A stretch of DNA of 64,000 nt. It comes from an uncultured Planctomycetia bacterium (lineage in GTDB: Bacteria; Omnitrophota; Gorgyraeia; 2-02-FULL-51-18). A program made the translations under genes and the position numbers. Location of the stretch: the NCBI GenBank assembly GCA_964606485.1, contig CAZSGP010000004.1:230376-294375 (forward strand), written 5' to 3'. The first letter of the stretch is position 1, and each line of letters begins with the position of its first letter. The notes beneath the pieces are model-generated. The model saw only the letters and a program-made list of their open reading frames with translations, ran no database searches and was not told the origin of the DNA. Below, one piece after another: positions 22,801 to 37,800 of this stretch.

Positions 22801-25800
22801 TTTGTTTGGGCTCATCCCCAGAGCGTGGAAGCGGAGAATGCGTTAAAGGCCGCAAAATCCCCGAGCGTTGAAGTGAATGGGTTTGTGTTTTATCTCGCGA
22901 AGGTCAGTTCAAATATTGGAAACGGCGGCGCGGTGGTTAAATTCTTATTGCCCAATTTAAAGCTCACCGGACAGATCGCTTCTTACATTACCGCCCAAGA
23001 TGCACGTCTTTGGAAAGTGAATCCGGCTTATATTGCGGCTCGGCAAAAGAAAACCGACGAAGAGATAAACGCGAAGTTAAAAGCCGCTGGAGCCATAGTT
23101 CCGCTGAATGACAGTGGAGTCTTTGTTCAACCGCTGCCGTCCGCGGATGATTCCGGAGCGATCAATATTAAGTCGGAAGAGCCACAGAAGGTAGTGACAC
23201 CGGTCGACACGAAGCTCGCCGAGTTAAACGCAAAGATTCAAGAAATCCAATCCCGCATTTACGAATCGGACGAACAATTTGCGGCCGATAAAAAACTTGC
23301 GCTCGATAAAGCCGCCGAAGTTTATGCGGCGGGTTCTGAAAGCTACAAAGAAGTGGAAGCCAAGCTTGCCGCCAAGGAAATTCAAATGGGTGATGTCGCG
23401 GCGGCTAATCAGCGCCAGACCGACGCTCTTGTGCGCATGCAGTTGGCTGAAACAAATCTGAAAGCTCTAAAAGCAGAATCTGAGAAAGTCGCCGCCGGCA
23501 TTCCCGCCGATAAAGACCAGGTTGAGGCTGAAGCCATCCAGACACTGAAAGATCAGCTCATTCAAACTTTATTTTCCCAACGTTCAGAAATGTCCGAAAA
23601 ATTAAAAGCTGTTATTGAAAGCGCGCTCAGTTTTGAAATGAAAAAGGCCGTTTTAGTGCGTCTTTCTGAAGAGATGGGTCATCGTGTTACGACTCAAGCC
23701 AATCCCGCTTTGCGTGTGGAGCAGTTTTTAGAACGGGCAAAATTGATTGAGCAATACAAGATTTTAAACATCGATCCACAATATTTCGACTATCTTCTCG
23801 GTCAAGAGTCAGACGCTATTGAGCGGCAACTGGATTGGTTTAAAGATCCTGATGTGGGTAATGGTTTGGTTGCCGTCAAGAAGAGTACTTTCCGTCTTTC
23901 AAAAAGTGAGATTAAGAAAACAGCTGACGAGCGTAAAGAGAGAATCTTAGAAATTATTCCAGCACTGAGTGCGATGAATTCTAATTCGCAAAAAGAAGCT
24001 GAAACGGCCGTTCAAGGTTTAACGGATCAGGATGCTGGGCTAAGCAATGAAGCGGTTGCTAAAAAGATAATCGATGACAAACTTTTTAGTTTGGCGCCAA
24101 AGACTTATGGGTATAAGGAATCCTATATTACAAGCATCATGGCCAATGAGAATGTTCGCTACAATGTTGAAAGTGTAATGAAGTCTCTCAAGGCGGCACT
24201 GGATCTCATTCGTCCTCAAGGGGCCCAGCCGAGTGCAGCCTCTATAAAAGAAGCAGAAGACAGACTTGTGGCTCGTCTGATTGCCGCTGATGAACATTAT
24301 CAAAAAACTATCGCAGACAAAGATTTTGCTCACAAAGAACTCTTAGCCGCTCTCAAAGTCGCCGCTGCACGCAAAGAAGTGAAAGCAAAAGTTGTAAACG
24401 CACTCGAACAAATTCGCTATAAAAAAGCACAAGAAGAAGACGCCGCAAAAGCCGAAGCGCTCAAGAAGGCCGAAGAAGCCGAAGCGCTGAAGAAAGCTGA
24501 AGCGTTGAAGCAGGCCAAAGAAGCGAAAAATGTACCTTTGGAACAGCAAAAAACAGAAAGCGGTGGAGTTGCGGAAGTTCCCGGACCTTCGTTAACAGAT
24601 GCGCAAGGCGCAGCTTTGTTTGGTCCTCAAGCCAAGTTGGAGTCTAATACCGAAAAGTTTAAAGTTAGGGAAGAATCAATTTATGCGCAGCTGATAAAAA
24701 TTTTCGAAACAGATACTTCGTTCAATGAGGGAAAATTTAAAGAAGGAATCTGGACTGAATTTAAAACAGGTGTAGCTTTGAAAAAGACCAACAGTTCGAA
24801 AGCTAAAGCCTATGATGAGCTTGAATCTCTTATGAAGAGTAAAAAAATAAAATTGTTAGCGGATTTTGAAGAGTGGGTGGGGAAAAATTTTCCGAAAGAA
24901 GAACAAAAATCCAATCTAGAAAAAGACCAAGCTGAGCAGAAGGAACCCGAGCTGATTAACTTGCCGAAAAGCATTTCCGGTTCTTTCGCGATCGATAAAA
25001 TAGACAAGTCTGGAGTTGAAATTGCATTTCAAACAGACGGAAATACAATCCAACTCTCAAGTGTTGTCGGAGACGTCCCCGACAGGACCTTAACGTTAAA
25101 TTCAAAAAATGGATTTAAAATCACTATCGGTAAAAACCAAAACTCTGGTTCTCATTTTCAAACGGAAGATGTTTTTTATATTAACGCTGAGCAAGCAGCA
25201 ATTGAATTGGTAAAAGATGCGGACGGGTATAAATGGGTTTTGATCAATCTCAGCGATAAGGTAGCTATTTATATCAATGGCCTCACTTTGATTGCCGGAA
25301 AAGAGAGCGAGGGTATCTCCGATAGAATAGTGCTTGCCGACAAAATGAAACCAAAGGTAGTGACGATATCTAAAAAAGCCGAGAGCTTGCAAGCGCAACC
25401 ACAAGAAATCGAAGCCGAAGACACCGGGTACTCCAGTTCTTCAATCGAGGAAGAGGCTTACCCAGAAGGCCTTTTGAGCATAGAGTTGATAGATGCCATT
25501 GAAAGAGTGCTTCTTAAAGGGGTAATGGTTAAAGGGGTTTCCGACGATCAGGTGCTGGGGCTTTCTGACGAAGAAAAAGCAAAAAAATTAAAAGAAATTG
25601 TTAAAACGCAAAAAGGTGAGCTGGCGGAAATCAAAAAGAAAATGGCCGAGATCCGGTCCGCCATCGAAAAAGGCCAAACCGTTACTCTGACTCATTCAAT
25701 CAAGCCCTCTGCCTTGTCGGTCGAAAATTTTGAGTCCGCAATTCAAATATCTCAAATTGATGCAGCCGCAGAACTCGAAGAACAGCTTAAAGTCCAACAA

Positions 25801-28800
25801 ACGAAAGCCGCCAAAGAACAACAAGAAGCCCTCGACGCTCAAGCGGATCTTAAAAAACAAATCGAGGAACTCAACGCTGCTCTCGCCGAAGAAAAAGAAA
25901 AAAGAAAAGAAGCGGAACTTGCAGCCCAAGAGGCCATTGAGGCTCGCAAAAAAGCGGAAGATGAGCTCGCCCAATTTAAAAACGAGACCAATGCAAAATT
26001 TAAAGAATTAACGGCCGCAGTCGCTGCCGCGCAAAAAATGGCCGAAGAAGCCAAGGTCCAGGCCGACGCTGCACTCAAAGAATTAAAATCCGCTCAAGCG
26101 AATGTGAAAAAAGAAGAGGCTGACGTCGAAGTGGCGAAAGCAAAGGCGGCAAAAGAAGTCGCGGAAGCACAAGCTGCGAAGGCCCTAGAAGCACAGGTGC
26201 AAAAGGAAGTCGAAAAGGTTCAGGACAATAAGCCGACTCCTGAACACAAATTTCAAAGCTTAAAAGTATTTTACAATAAAAAATTTCAAAATGCCGAGGC
26301 TAGCCAGCGTTTAGCGGCTTGGGAAAATTTTGAGGAAGATTTCAATAAACACAACACCGACCAATGGCCCTTTAAGCTCTCACCCGCTGATTTGTTGGCT
26401 GAGCTGCTTGCTGGAATTGACCATATAAAAGATCCCCAGGAATTTCAAGAGTTATACCAAAAATATTTAAAATCCTCGACTTCGCCTGAGATTATGTTTA
26501 GTGAATCTGGGGATGACAGTGGAAGCTTCGCCGCATTTATGGGATCTGATTCTGACGAAATGGCGAAGCCTGATTTTAGCGCATCTGCTTCAGGCGGCAT
26601 TCCGATGGATGATTTGCTTGCGCCTCAATCGGCAGTTATTCCCGCGGCACCCGCAACCGGTCCGCCGGCAGATGACTTACCTGCCGATATGGATTCCGAT
26701 GATGATTTGATTGTCGCTCAAGATGTGCCGCAAGAGCCAGCGCCCGATGATGTGATTAACGCCGTGGATGCGGATGAAATTCCCACTTTTGGAATTGGAA
26801 CGGTTCGCACGCATGGTTATGCAGACCCCGCCAAGCGCCCAACCGAAGAATCCATCGAAGACGCCGTATGGGCCGATTCTAAGATCGGCGCATTTTTAGT
26901 CGCGGATGGCATGGGCGGCGGCGGAAATGGCGCGACTTACAGCCGCATTGCCAAAGAAAAAATTTCCGCGTATTTAAAAATGAATTCAGTTCCGGGACTT
27001 TCCAAAGAAGAAGTTCAAAAAATTCTTCATGATGCGGTCATGCTCGCTCAAGAAAAAGTCCGCGAGGCTATTGATGCCCTGGGCTTGCCGGCGGATGCCA
27101 CTAAAGATATGGGAACGACGATATCGGTCGGGGTGATCTGGAAAGACGAAACCACCGGAAAAAATTGGCTTCTATCTGCGAATGTAGGAGATAGCCGCAT
27201 TTATATTCGTAAAGCGGATGGCTCTTTAGTCAAAGTGACCATTGATGACACCAAACTTGTCGATATGGTCGACAAGGGGTTCATGACGCCTGAAGAGGCG
27301 GAAGCCGTGGGTCCTAAGGAAGCTATCAATAATGAAATTTATAAGTTTCTCGGGAAACCCGATTTAGCACTTGATGACCTGCGCAAAGTCGAGCCGGTAG
27401 AAATCAAAGCCGGAGAAATTGCGTTTGCGGTGTCGGACGGCATCGTTGATAATCTTCAAAATCCAAATATTGCCGAGCGTAAGCACTTGGCTCAAATTGC
27501 GGCCGAAACACACGACTCTACTCAAGATTTTCTCGAAGCCTTAGCAAACGAAGCAAAAACTTTCGCGCTTTCAGATCCAAACGGCCCGAACACCAAGCCT
27601 GATGATATTTCTGCGGCGGCGGTCGAGGTGCCAGTAACGGCTACTCCTGTGGTGGAAGAGGCAACCGAAGCGCCCGCGATGGTTTTAGACAAATGGCAAC
27701 GCGCGCGGGTTTACGCGGCTTCCGCATTCATCGTCTCAAGCATTATTTCGACAATCGCTTTAATTTTTGCGACACCGGCTTTCATCGCGTGGCTTGCGTT
27801 CCCGTTTGTCAGCGCGGGGCTTTTTGGAATTATCGGTTACAAATGGGCGAGTACGGTTGATCCACCTCACGCTCAAGTTATTCCGGTCAAAGCTCTTTCC
27901 AAAATTGCGGATGAGCTGGGCGCCGCTTCACCGGAAGGGGCCTATCGAAATACGCTTAAGAAAATGATTTTAGAAGGACAAAAGCGTCTTAGTGCTCTGG
28001 TCCTTACTTCCCAACAAATCGCCGAGCAAAAAACCGACAAAGAAAAAGATCTGAATGTGGCTAAGTGGAAATGGGCGATTGGAATAACGCTCTTAACCAC
28101 CGCTGGAGGGTTAGCGGTATTTGCGCTGACGAGCGGCCTCGGAGTTTTAGGAGCGATCGCCGCATTGGGTGCCGGATCGATTCTCACCATTTTATTTTTT
28201 AATTTTATCCTTAATAAATTCATCTTCGCTGAAGCCGTTTTCGCATGGAAAAAAGCCGTCGAACGTGAAGGCGGAGTCCGCAAAATTGTTTTCAAGGAAA
28301 GCTTCATCGAGTCCTTTAAAGGTTTTATCCATCTCACCGTCGGACTGCCTTATCATTTATTCCAAGGATTCATCTTGGGAGTTTTCGAAGCCAAAATTAA
28401 AGCATATTGGTTCCCACGTTTGGCGTATCTTGTTCAACGCGTTTATCCCGGTCAAGGACGCACGACGCAAACAGATTATTTGGAATATTTGGCCGAATAC
28501 TACGCGCCGTATTTAGGCAAAATCGAAACCTCCTCGATTGCAATATACGAAGCCGCGAATTATTCCGAAGAACGCACGAAGGCGATTGACCGGGAATTTT
28601 TATTAACGAATGCATGGGAAGTTTCTCTACTGGGTGGCGTCAAAGATGCGTTTACCAAGCGTTCCATTGTATTCATTGCTGGCGCTTTGGGTAGCCCAAT
28701 TCTTTCGTTTATCGGAATTGGAACGGTGGCTTTGGGTGGTGCGCCGGTTGGACTAGTAGTGACGTTTGCGATTGTTATCGTAAGTCGGACACTCACGACG

Positions 28801-31800
28801 CGCTCGGCTTTAAAGGAAATTAGCTGGAAAGCTCAGAACGACCCTGAATTTAGCCGCGGAAAAGCCATCGCCAAAAGAATTTTGACGGATGTTGTGATTG
28901 TTGCTGCTTTTGCGGGCCTATTTGCCTTGGGCGTTACCAATAGCGCCGAAAATATCGCAAGCCTTGGAGGCGATCCTTCCACCGTTGATTTTAATTTCCT
29001 AGACCGCGGTTGGAATGTGCCTTTACCCGCCATCGGTCCGATGCACGAGCAGTCGCTTCACTTCACATTCCGAGCCATCGGTGGAGCTATGGCCACGCTG
29101 TTTGTTCTGGGCTTAAAAGATATGTGGTCGAGTGTCAGAACATATATTTATTCGGATCTCAACGAACAAATGATTCGCTACGTGTTTAAAGACGAGCGTA
29201 ATGATTACAAAGCTACCTTAGACGCCTTAAATCAAGAAGTAAAACCATCCGAGCGCAAACCATTTGTGCTGAACTCATTCGACCTTGAAAATATCTCAAA
29301 AATCATGGAAAAACTGACAGTTTCTCAACAGGCGTCGATGATTGGTTTTGTGGAAACCATGTTGTCTTCACCGAAGGTTGCTAAAAAGCTAGGCGTCAGC
29401 GGTTATCAAAAAGAACTTATTTTAAAAGCCATGTCGAACATGAAAGAGGGTTTTGATGCCGATGTGCTGACAGCGTCCTCCGTGAATTACGAACAAGCCG
29501 TCGAGGACTTTTTAGCGGGAGCGGTGACATCAAATCTTTACGCCGGAGCGTTTTTTGAGCTTTTATTCAGCAGCACATTTTGGTGGAAGATCCTAGCCGG
29601 AGTCCCGGGAATGTGGTTTGTACAAACTGAAATCAATTTAATCGTGGGTCTTGCGAAGGCCACGCATTTCACGCCTTTAGTCAGCGTTGTGAAATTGATT
29701 GAAGGAGATGAAGACTATAAGCAAGAAATTAAGCAGAGAATTGACAGTCATCAAGCAGTGGGTGCGTGGGAACACTGGGTTGCCGACGGTTGGATGGGCA
29801 TTGCCCAGCACGTGGTAGCCGTTATCCCAAATCCATTTATCTCTAACGTCAAGCTTGGTCCGTCAGATTCTGACAAAGAAAACGCCAAGATTGCAGAAAC
29901 GCTTCGCATTGAAAATGAAGCAAACGAAAAAATGGCCAAAGAAGCCGCCGCCCGCAAAGCCGCCGAAGACGCCGCCCGCGCGAAAGCCGAGCGCGAAAGA
30001 GCGGCTGAACTCGAAGCCAAGCGCGTTGCTGCTGAAGCGGAAAAAGCGAAGGCTCAGGCGGAAGCGGATGAAGCCGCGCGGAAATTCCGCGATGCGCAAA
30101 ACGAAGCCGATCGTTTAAGAAAAGCAGGAATTGAAGCCGAGCGCGTCCGTCGTGAACAAATAGCCGCTCTTGAAGTTGCGAACCGTGAAGCGGAGCTCGC
30201 GCGCCGTGAGGCGGATCGAATCGCGCGTGCCAAAGCCATCAAAGAAGCCGATGCCAAAGCCAAGGCCAGCGCTGAAGCTCTGCGCAAGGCTCAGGAAAAA
30301 TTACAGCGGAACAAAGAAGACGTTCAAATGCTTCAAGCCAAGCGTCAAGAGAGCATGGAAGCCTCTCAGCGGTTTGAAAGAGAATTTGCCCGAAAAGAAT
30401 TTCGTTCGATTAAAGATTTTGACGATGTGGTTCAAAGTCTTCGCGTTGAAGCCATGAGACTCGACAAGAAGAATCCGGGAGCCTTGGCGCGCTTTGATCA
30501 AAAGGTTCAGGAAAAGAGAGCCCAGTTTAGCCCCGCATCCAAGGAAGCTGTCAAAGAGTCCGTGAAAGAACCCGTGAAAGAACCTGTCAAAGAGGCTCCG
30601 AAGGTTGAAGACAAAGCCGCTTTAGTTCTTGAACAAGTTGCGGTCTTGAAAAACGAGGCCAAAGCGCTGGAAGCTAAGAAGGATTTGAATAGTCTCCAAG
30701 CTACGCGCGATCCCTACAAGCAAGCGCTCGAACAGATCAATCAGGCGTTAGAAACTTATCCGGACGATCAACGCTTGAAAGATGCTCGGTCGGAGATCAA
30801 AGACTCTTCTTCGCGTGTGTTTGCCAAAGTTAGCGAAGTCTTGATTTCGCAGAACCCGAAGGATGACAACTTAAAAACGATCGCGCGCGAGACTTATCCC
30901 GAGCTGATTAAAAACGCTCAGGAGTCGGTTTTCACGCTGGCGCTTGAAAAAATACTCAACGATAGCCAGGCACCGCATGTCGCGTTTGAAGTCGCCAAGG
31001 CGCGTGTAGAATTTTTAGAAGCAAAAGCGAAAGACAGTGAGACTTCGCTTACGGACATTCCGGTTCTTGCTCAAGAATTAATCCATGTTTTAGATTGGAT
31101 CGATGCCAAAATTCCAGAAGCGGTGCGCGAAGATTACACTACAGTCCAAAAAGACAAATGGAAAAATAAAGAAGAAAAAACACCCGAGCCGAAAGCAGAG
31201 CCTCAGAAAGAAGAAGTTCCTGGCGCAACGGATTTGAAGGTGGGCTTGCGGCAAATTAAAGATGCCATCGCTCCCGCGAAAGATACTCAAGATGCGGAAG
31301 AGACATTTATTTGCCCGCGGTGTAATCATGACGTTTCAGATAAGGAAGATCATTGTCCTGCTTGCGGTTTAAAATTTGAGCCAGCACCCGCTGTCAAAGA
31401 GACGCCAAAAGCAGAAGTTCCGCCTCCCGCTAAAGCGGAAACGAAGCCCGTTATCGAGCCGGGTCCAACAGATTACTTTGATGTACGTATTTTTACGCCT
31501 TCGGCCACTAACCCGAATTACGTGGTTCAGCTCTTGCATTCGTATGAGCAGATTATTCAAGAGACAAAAAATTCCGACAACGTCCGGGTGATCGATCTAA
31601 AGAGTTTTGACGCGGCAACCAAGAAATTAAAAGTGAATGGCCAGGAAACCGAAGTCACTTTTCAACAAGTCAAATCCGACCCGAGCGTTTCGTTTGGAGG
31701 ACAAATAGTAACCCCGATCGAAGATCCGCAGTCACCAGATTTAACCCATGTCAAAATTGGAGATAAAACGTACAAAATTGTAAAAGGTGTCCGCGCGCTT

Positions 31801-34800
31801 CTAACGGATCCAAAGAATTCAAACGCCCCTCGTTTAATCAAAACGAATGGTGATGTTGCTGATTTGGCGAATGACGGCTATGTGTGGCAGATTCACTATC
31901 CCGGAAAAGTGGATCGTTGGGGAGTAAAAGAATGGACCGAGTTGGCATTTGATACGGTTGCCGATCGTTTTGAAAATATGAAGGAAGCGCCAAAAGCAGA
32001 AGTTCCGCCCGTCGCTAAAACGGAAACTCCAGCTGAAACCAAATCGGAGGCACCCAAAGTTGAGCCGAAGGTTACTCCCGAACCGGCACCCGCCGCTAAA
32101 GCGGAAGAACCCAAAGTCGAACCAGCACCCTCTGTCAAAGATGCGCCAAAAGCAGAAGTTCCGCCCGTCGCCAAGTCGGAAGCTGCCGCTCCGAAACCCG
32201 CGGCTAAAGAAGAGACCGGTTTTGTCAAAGAAAACTGGTCTAAACTTAAAAATTATCTATTGGATTACTGGCAGGACACCACGCGCCGTGTGGAAGAATC
32301 TCGCGTAGCTAAGACTGAAGAAGCACAGCTACTGGCTGAGCTCGACCTCGTTCCGGCCAAAGCGCAGTGGACTGAACCTAAGGTGCTCGATTTTGAAGCG
32401 CGTATTTTTAACTCAAACGCCAGCCGCGGATTTCTTGTAAATGTTCCTGATTACAATTTGCAGCTCGTCAAGCAAACCGAAATGGTGGCCGTTAAAGGCA
32501 ACGAGAGAGAAATCATTGACCTTGCGCAATTAGAAAAAATGCCCGTCAAGCCGGTATTCATTAAAAAATCATTCTGGTCGAAGGACGTAGAAGTCACGCT
32601 TAAGTCAGGCGCTAGCTTAGAAGAGATTCAGAAGACACTGGGAGACGCCAAAGTCACGCACGTGAAGATCGGCGACAAAGAGATGGAGCTTCATCTGAAA
32701 GCGCGGGCTATTCTGACCGACAAGAACGACCAAAACGCTGATCTGCGCTTAATCGAAGGCGAAAGCGATTTAAGGAAGCTCGAAGAGCAGGGCTACCGTT
32801 TTGACATTCACTATGCTGGAGATAAAACCGGTGAGAACAAAGTCGCAGACCGCTGGGAAAAAATTGATTTTAATCTTTTAGCAGCGAAGGTCGAGTTAAA
32901 AGGCGTTGATTTGGCGCGCATGGATTTTGCGACCTTCGTAAATCAGCACGTCGAACAAAATTTGGAAGTGATGATTGCCAAAATGGATCCGAAGCTTGCG
33001 GCGGTTGCTAAGAAAGCGCTCACCATATCGGCCCAGATGAATCCCAGAGCATCTGTTGTGGCAGGTGGCTCGGATATTTTTGGGCTAAAACTCAGCATCA
33101 ACTTTAACGAAAATATGCTCAACTACGAGGAAGCTTCTCTATTAAAAGAAGAGCGCACGAAACCGGCACTTGCGGCGTTTATTAAAAACGCCACCGACGA
33201 AGCGCAGAGCGCTTTTTTTGCTCTGCTCAAATCACAAACCCACTACGAAGAAGCTTACAAGAACGCTCAATTGTGGGACGCCAAGGTTCTAGAGGCGAGC
33301 CGAAATTTTGATTTAGACAAGCGTGAAATTCGCCAAGTGGATTTCCAAAATACGATTGCCGAGCAGCGCCGCGCTTTGGAAAATCTGTATCGCACGAAAG
33401 CCCAGTTTGAGGAGATTCAAAGAGAGCTTCATTTGAAATTGGGTCTTCAGGATCCTTATTTTAACGATTTGACCATTTTACCCATTGCACCAAAAAGCGG
33501 TTACCCTGACACCTTCCGTGCGCGTGTGTATGACCATGAAGTGGCCGCACTGGACGTAAACGTTGCCGCAAAGGCAGAAGAAGAAGTTCAAAATCCTCGC
33601 TGGTCGGTGGGAATTGACATTGTCTCGTCAGTGACGCAGGTTCTCTCCATTCGCGGCGAAGCCGACATCCGTTTGTTTGAATTTGGCACGAGTGGCGCGT
33701 ATGACCAGCTGAGCACCGATCTGACAGATTTGGCGATGGTGAATGAATTGCTGATGACCCTGCTGCGCGCAAAAAATATTGAAATCAATACGATTAACTC
33801 CGAAGGCGTCGAACAGCAAATCAAAAAGGTCGAAGCGGAGATTAAGGTGAGTGAAGACATTGTGTTTGCCGCCGAAAAGGGGCAGGGCATCTCTGTTTCG
33901 CCTGAAAAATTCCGTGTTGCCCAGCGCGAACTTTATGGGTTGCAGACAAAGTACACCGATCTTAAGCTTCAAAGAGATTATTTGAAAGTGAGCCGCGATC
34001 TTGCGGCTTTAAACCGCCAAGACGACGGAAAACCGACAGCCGAGTACAAAGATCTTACGCTTCAGAAGCTTCTTGAAATGATTGACGGACAACTGAACAA
34101 GGGCCGCATTTCCCGCGATGAGTTGACGGCGGCTTTGCAAAAATCGGCCGGCACCTCGAAGTTGTTCGACCAGGTTTTAAGTTTGTCTTATAACTGGTCC
34201 GATCAGTTGACTCTGGCCGAAGCAAATGTAGAAGCAAGCTCTGCTCTGACTCGCGCTCAAAAAGACAATCGTATCCAATTTTATGCGCGTCTGCGTGCGG
34301 ATTGGGGCATTATTCCATTTTTGGATGTGGCTCCTCTTTTAGCCCGTTGGAAAGTGGGCGACGGAGAACGCCAAAGATTGAGTGAAGTGGTGGCCGGCCT
34401 TTCTGAAAAGCAGATCCCGCTTGCGCGCCAAATCACACGCAATTTGATTCACAAGCAGTTATTGGGTCTCGCGACAGACTATGCTGAAATTAATTCGAAA
34501 GTGAAGGCCGCAGACCAAGCGATCGCGCTGCTCGAGAAAAATCTTGAAGCAATTCGAGCGGAAGTGGAGAACAAGCAGTCGGTTTCGCTCACAGAAAAAG
34601 AAGCCGAAGCCATTTTGTTGTCCGCTCAATCGGCGAGGGCCAATCTGGTTCAGGTCCGGGAACTTGCCACGCTTGAGATTAAAGATCTTACGGGCATTCA
34701 TTACGGCCAAACGATTCAATTAAAAGATCTGTCAGTTGCTGATTTTGAAAAAGCACTCGAAGAATTAAAAACGACGATTGTAAAAGATTATGACTCCGCA

Positions 34801-37800
34801 GCCGATGTCAAAATGGCTGAAATTTTAGTTGAAAAAGCTAAAGCGGAAAAAGGAATTTCCCAGTCTCCCGAGGGCGTCGCGCTGGGTCTGGGGCTGGGTC
34901 TTCCGAGCATTGTGGTGGTGGAGTTGAGTGACCCGGTCACGCGTCTTTTGGAACTTGGCTTAAATGTATTTGGCGGCGAGAGCGCTCGTCAAAAAGCCAA
35001 CGCCGCTTATGAAGTTCAAGCCGGCATCAATCTGCTTGGCCGTGAGTACGAATTGGCTCAGGCCAATCAAGATCGTGTGGCGCGCGTCGAGTCTCTTAAG
35101 ACACTCGATAGTCTCACTCGAAATAGCATTGAGGATCTGACAGCCGTTTTAAGCCGCATCCAAATGCGCATTCAACAATTCCAAAATGAAACAAGCGCAG
35201 GCTTTTCCAAAAAGCGCGAATCGTATGGCGACGAGCTTGCGGCGATTTTCATTCAGGGCCGCATCGATGCCTTGAAGCAAAAAAATGCGCAGATCAAAGC
35301 GTCACTTGATTTTGAAATGAAAACACCGCTTCCTCAAGCGCCACCTGCGAAGTCCATTCAGATTCAAAATTCAGCGGATGCAGTTTCACTCTTCTTATCC
35401 AATAGCCCCGGCGTTTCAAACCGGCTGAGTGTTTTAAGCCAAGTTCAAAAATTCCCCGACACCTTTTCTGTGATTAGCCCGAGTGGTCTTGCCGAAGTTT
35501 TTGGAGTCAGCGGCGGCCTTGATCCGGACGGAAAATACCAGCATGTATTTAAGAAAGATGAACAAGTGACCACTGCTCAGGGCATTGTTATGACCCGTAA
35601 GCATCTGGCGCTATGGACACCCACCTTGGCTGTTGGAGCCGCCGCTTCGTTTGATTTAACGATTGACGCTCAAAGACGGGATTCCAAAGCGGGCGTGCAA
35701 ACGAGCGCACTGGAAGCCAAAGCAGAATTGGTTTCGCAAATTGTAGATCTTCAGGCGAAAGTGGCCGAATACAAAGCGGCCGCGAAGCGCTATAAAGAGC
35801 TAACGGCGCGAATTGCCCAGCTTAAGACTGAGCTCACCATGAACTTCCTTCATGTTCTTTTTGCCGATAAGGAAGAAGTTCTCCAAAAAAATAATCTTTT
35901 AGCACGTTATTCCACCGAACAATCCGAAACCCAGGCGCGTATACAGGACTTAAAGCGCGCCATTGGTCGTCAGGTTACCGGTGCTGAAAATGCTAACGTT
36001 GGAATTTCAGACCTTCCCGAAAAATCACCTGAATTTAGCACGGAAGTTATTAGCGGCAAGCTAACGGCGCTGGGTCTCGCTGACGTCGCAGAAAATGTGG
36101 CGCTTTTAAACGAGCAGAGCAAGCTTCACATTCAAAAAGCCGGTCAAAGTGTGCGTGGAGGCAGCGGAGGATTTTCTATCAATATTCCCTTCACGGTGTT
36201 TGGAAATCCGCGCGACGTCGGTCCAAAAGATAATATTAGGGCAATCGAAATTGAAAAAAATTATGGCTACTACAACCGCTCGGTCGCCTTTAAGAGTCTT
36301 ACGGATTATCTGGGTTCTGAAATCCAGACCTGGAATATTCCGGTGCTTCGCGAATACGCGCAAGGCTCAGGCTTTACCCAGCTATACGGTTCTAGTTTTG
36401 ACGACATTAAGCCTCTTTTAGGCGCGCTCTATTTTGAAGTGCCTTTCTACCGCCGGGCTGATTCTTATGAATTGGAAGCGGCCAATATTCGCCAGTCTCA
36501 AGCCAATCTTGGTGCGCAAAAGGCCAGAGACGAAGCCACTTACAGAGTCCGGACGCGCATGGCGGATTACAACAATGCAAAACGCGAACTAGAAAGCGCG
36601 CGCAATGTTCGTCAGGATGCGATCGCTCAGCTTGCATTGGCTAATAAAAAATCCGAATCAGGCCGTTACACCGCCGCTCAAAAAGCGGACCTCGCTCAAA
36701 ACGTGACCAGAGCCAATGCGCAAGTGATAGAAAATTATAAAGCGCTCGTTCAAGCGGCAGCAACTTTAGACGCGACAATCAAGAGCTTTACGCCGGTGCG
36801 CATTCAAAACGCCGATGAGTTTGAACAAGTCCGCAAGATGTCTCCCGAGGATCGTCGCCTGAATAATATTTTGGCCGTGAGCCCCGAGTTTTACGAAGAA
36901 GACAAATCCACCGATGATCTTTGGAGAACCGCGCGTTTCTGGAAAATCGATTCGAGCACTTTACCGGGCATTGAACAGTTTGTGGACGCGTCAAAACCCG
37001 CCGTTCAAACACAAAAGGATCCTTACACGCTGATCGATATGGAAGCCAGAGCTCGCGAACAGCTGGAAGCCGCACAAAAAGAAGTTTCTGTGCTCACACC
37101 GTCCGCACGTGTAGAAGCGTTCGCTGATCCTAAGGCTTACGCGAAGGCTTTGGAGGATCAGGCAAAATCGCGCCGCTTGGCGGAGACATCGCGCGTGTTG
37201 GCGAGCACTGACAAAGGCGGAGAAGGCAAAGTCGCTGCCCGTGTTGATAAGGACAATAATATTTTAGACCTTTACGACAAGATTGATGAAGTTCCGGGAA
37301 CGGTTGTTGAGTTTCCCGCTCGCACGGCTGAAGTATTTTTGAGATTAAGAGCGATGCTTGGTTCCGAAGTTCTGCTTCAAGACAAAGACCAACTCAAAGC
37401 CTTGATCAGCGAGCTTCAGGAGTTAGGTTTACCCTTTGACCCGACACAGGATGTCGATTTTTATTGGAACAAGGCTGAGCTTGAGCAGACGAAGAAGGCT
37501 AAAGATTTATTGGGTATCATTGGCTTTAGTGATGAATTTAATGACTTCACTACCGACCCGAAGATTTTAGCAAAGACCGCGCGTGTTTATCAGGTGGCGC
37601 GTGATGCACAGCGCACCTTGTCGTTCAAAATGATGACTCCTGAGGATTATGCTAAGGCTGAGTCCGAGTACCGAATCTGGGCTCAAAAAGCGCGTGAAAA
37701 TTCAGCCGTGCTTTTTAACGAAGCCAATCCCTTCGACCGCGCTCCACATATTTTATACGGCAGTGCGGTGGCCGAACGTGTTATCGACGGCCTCGCCGGA

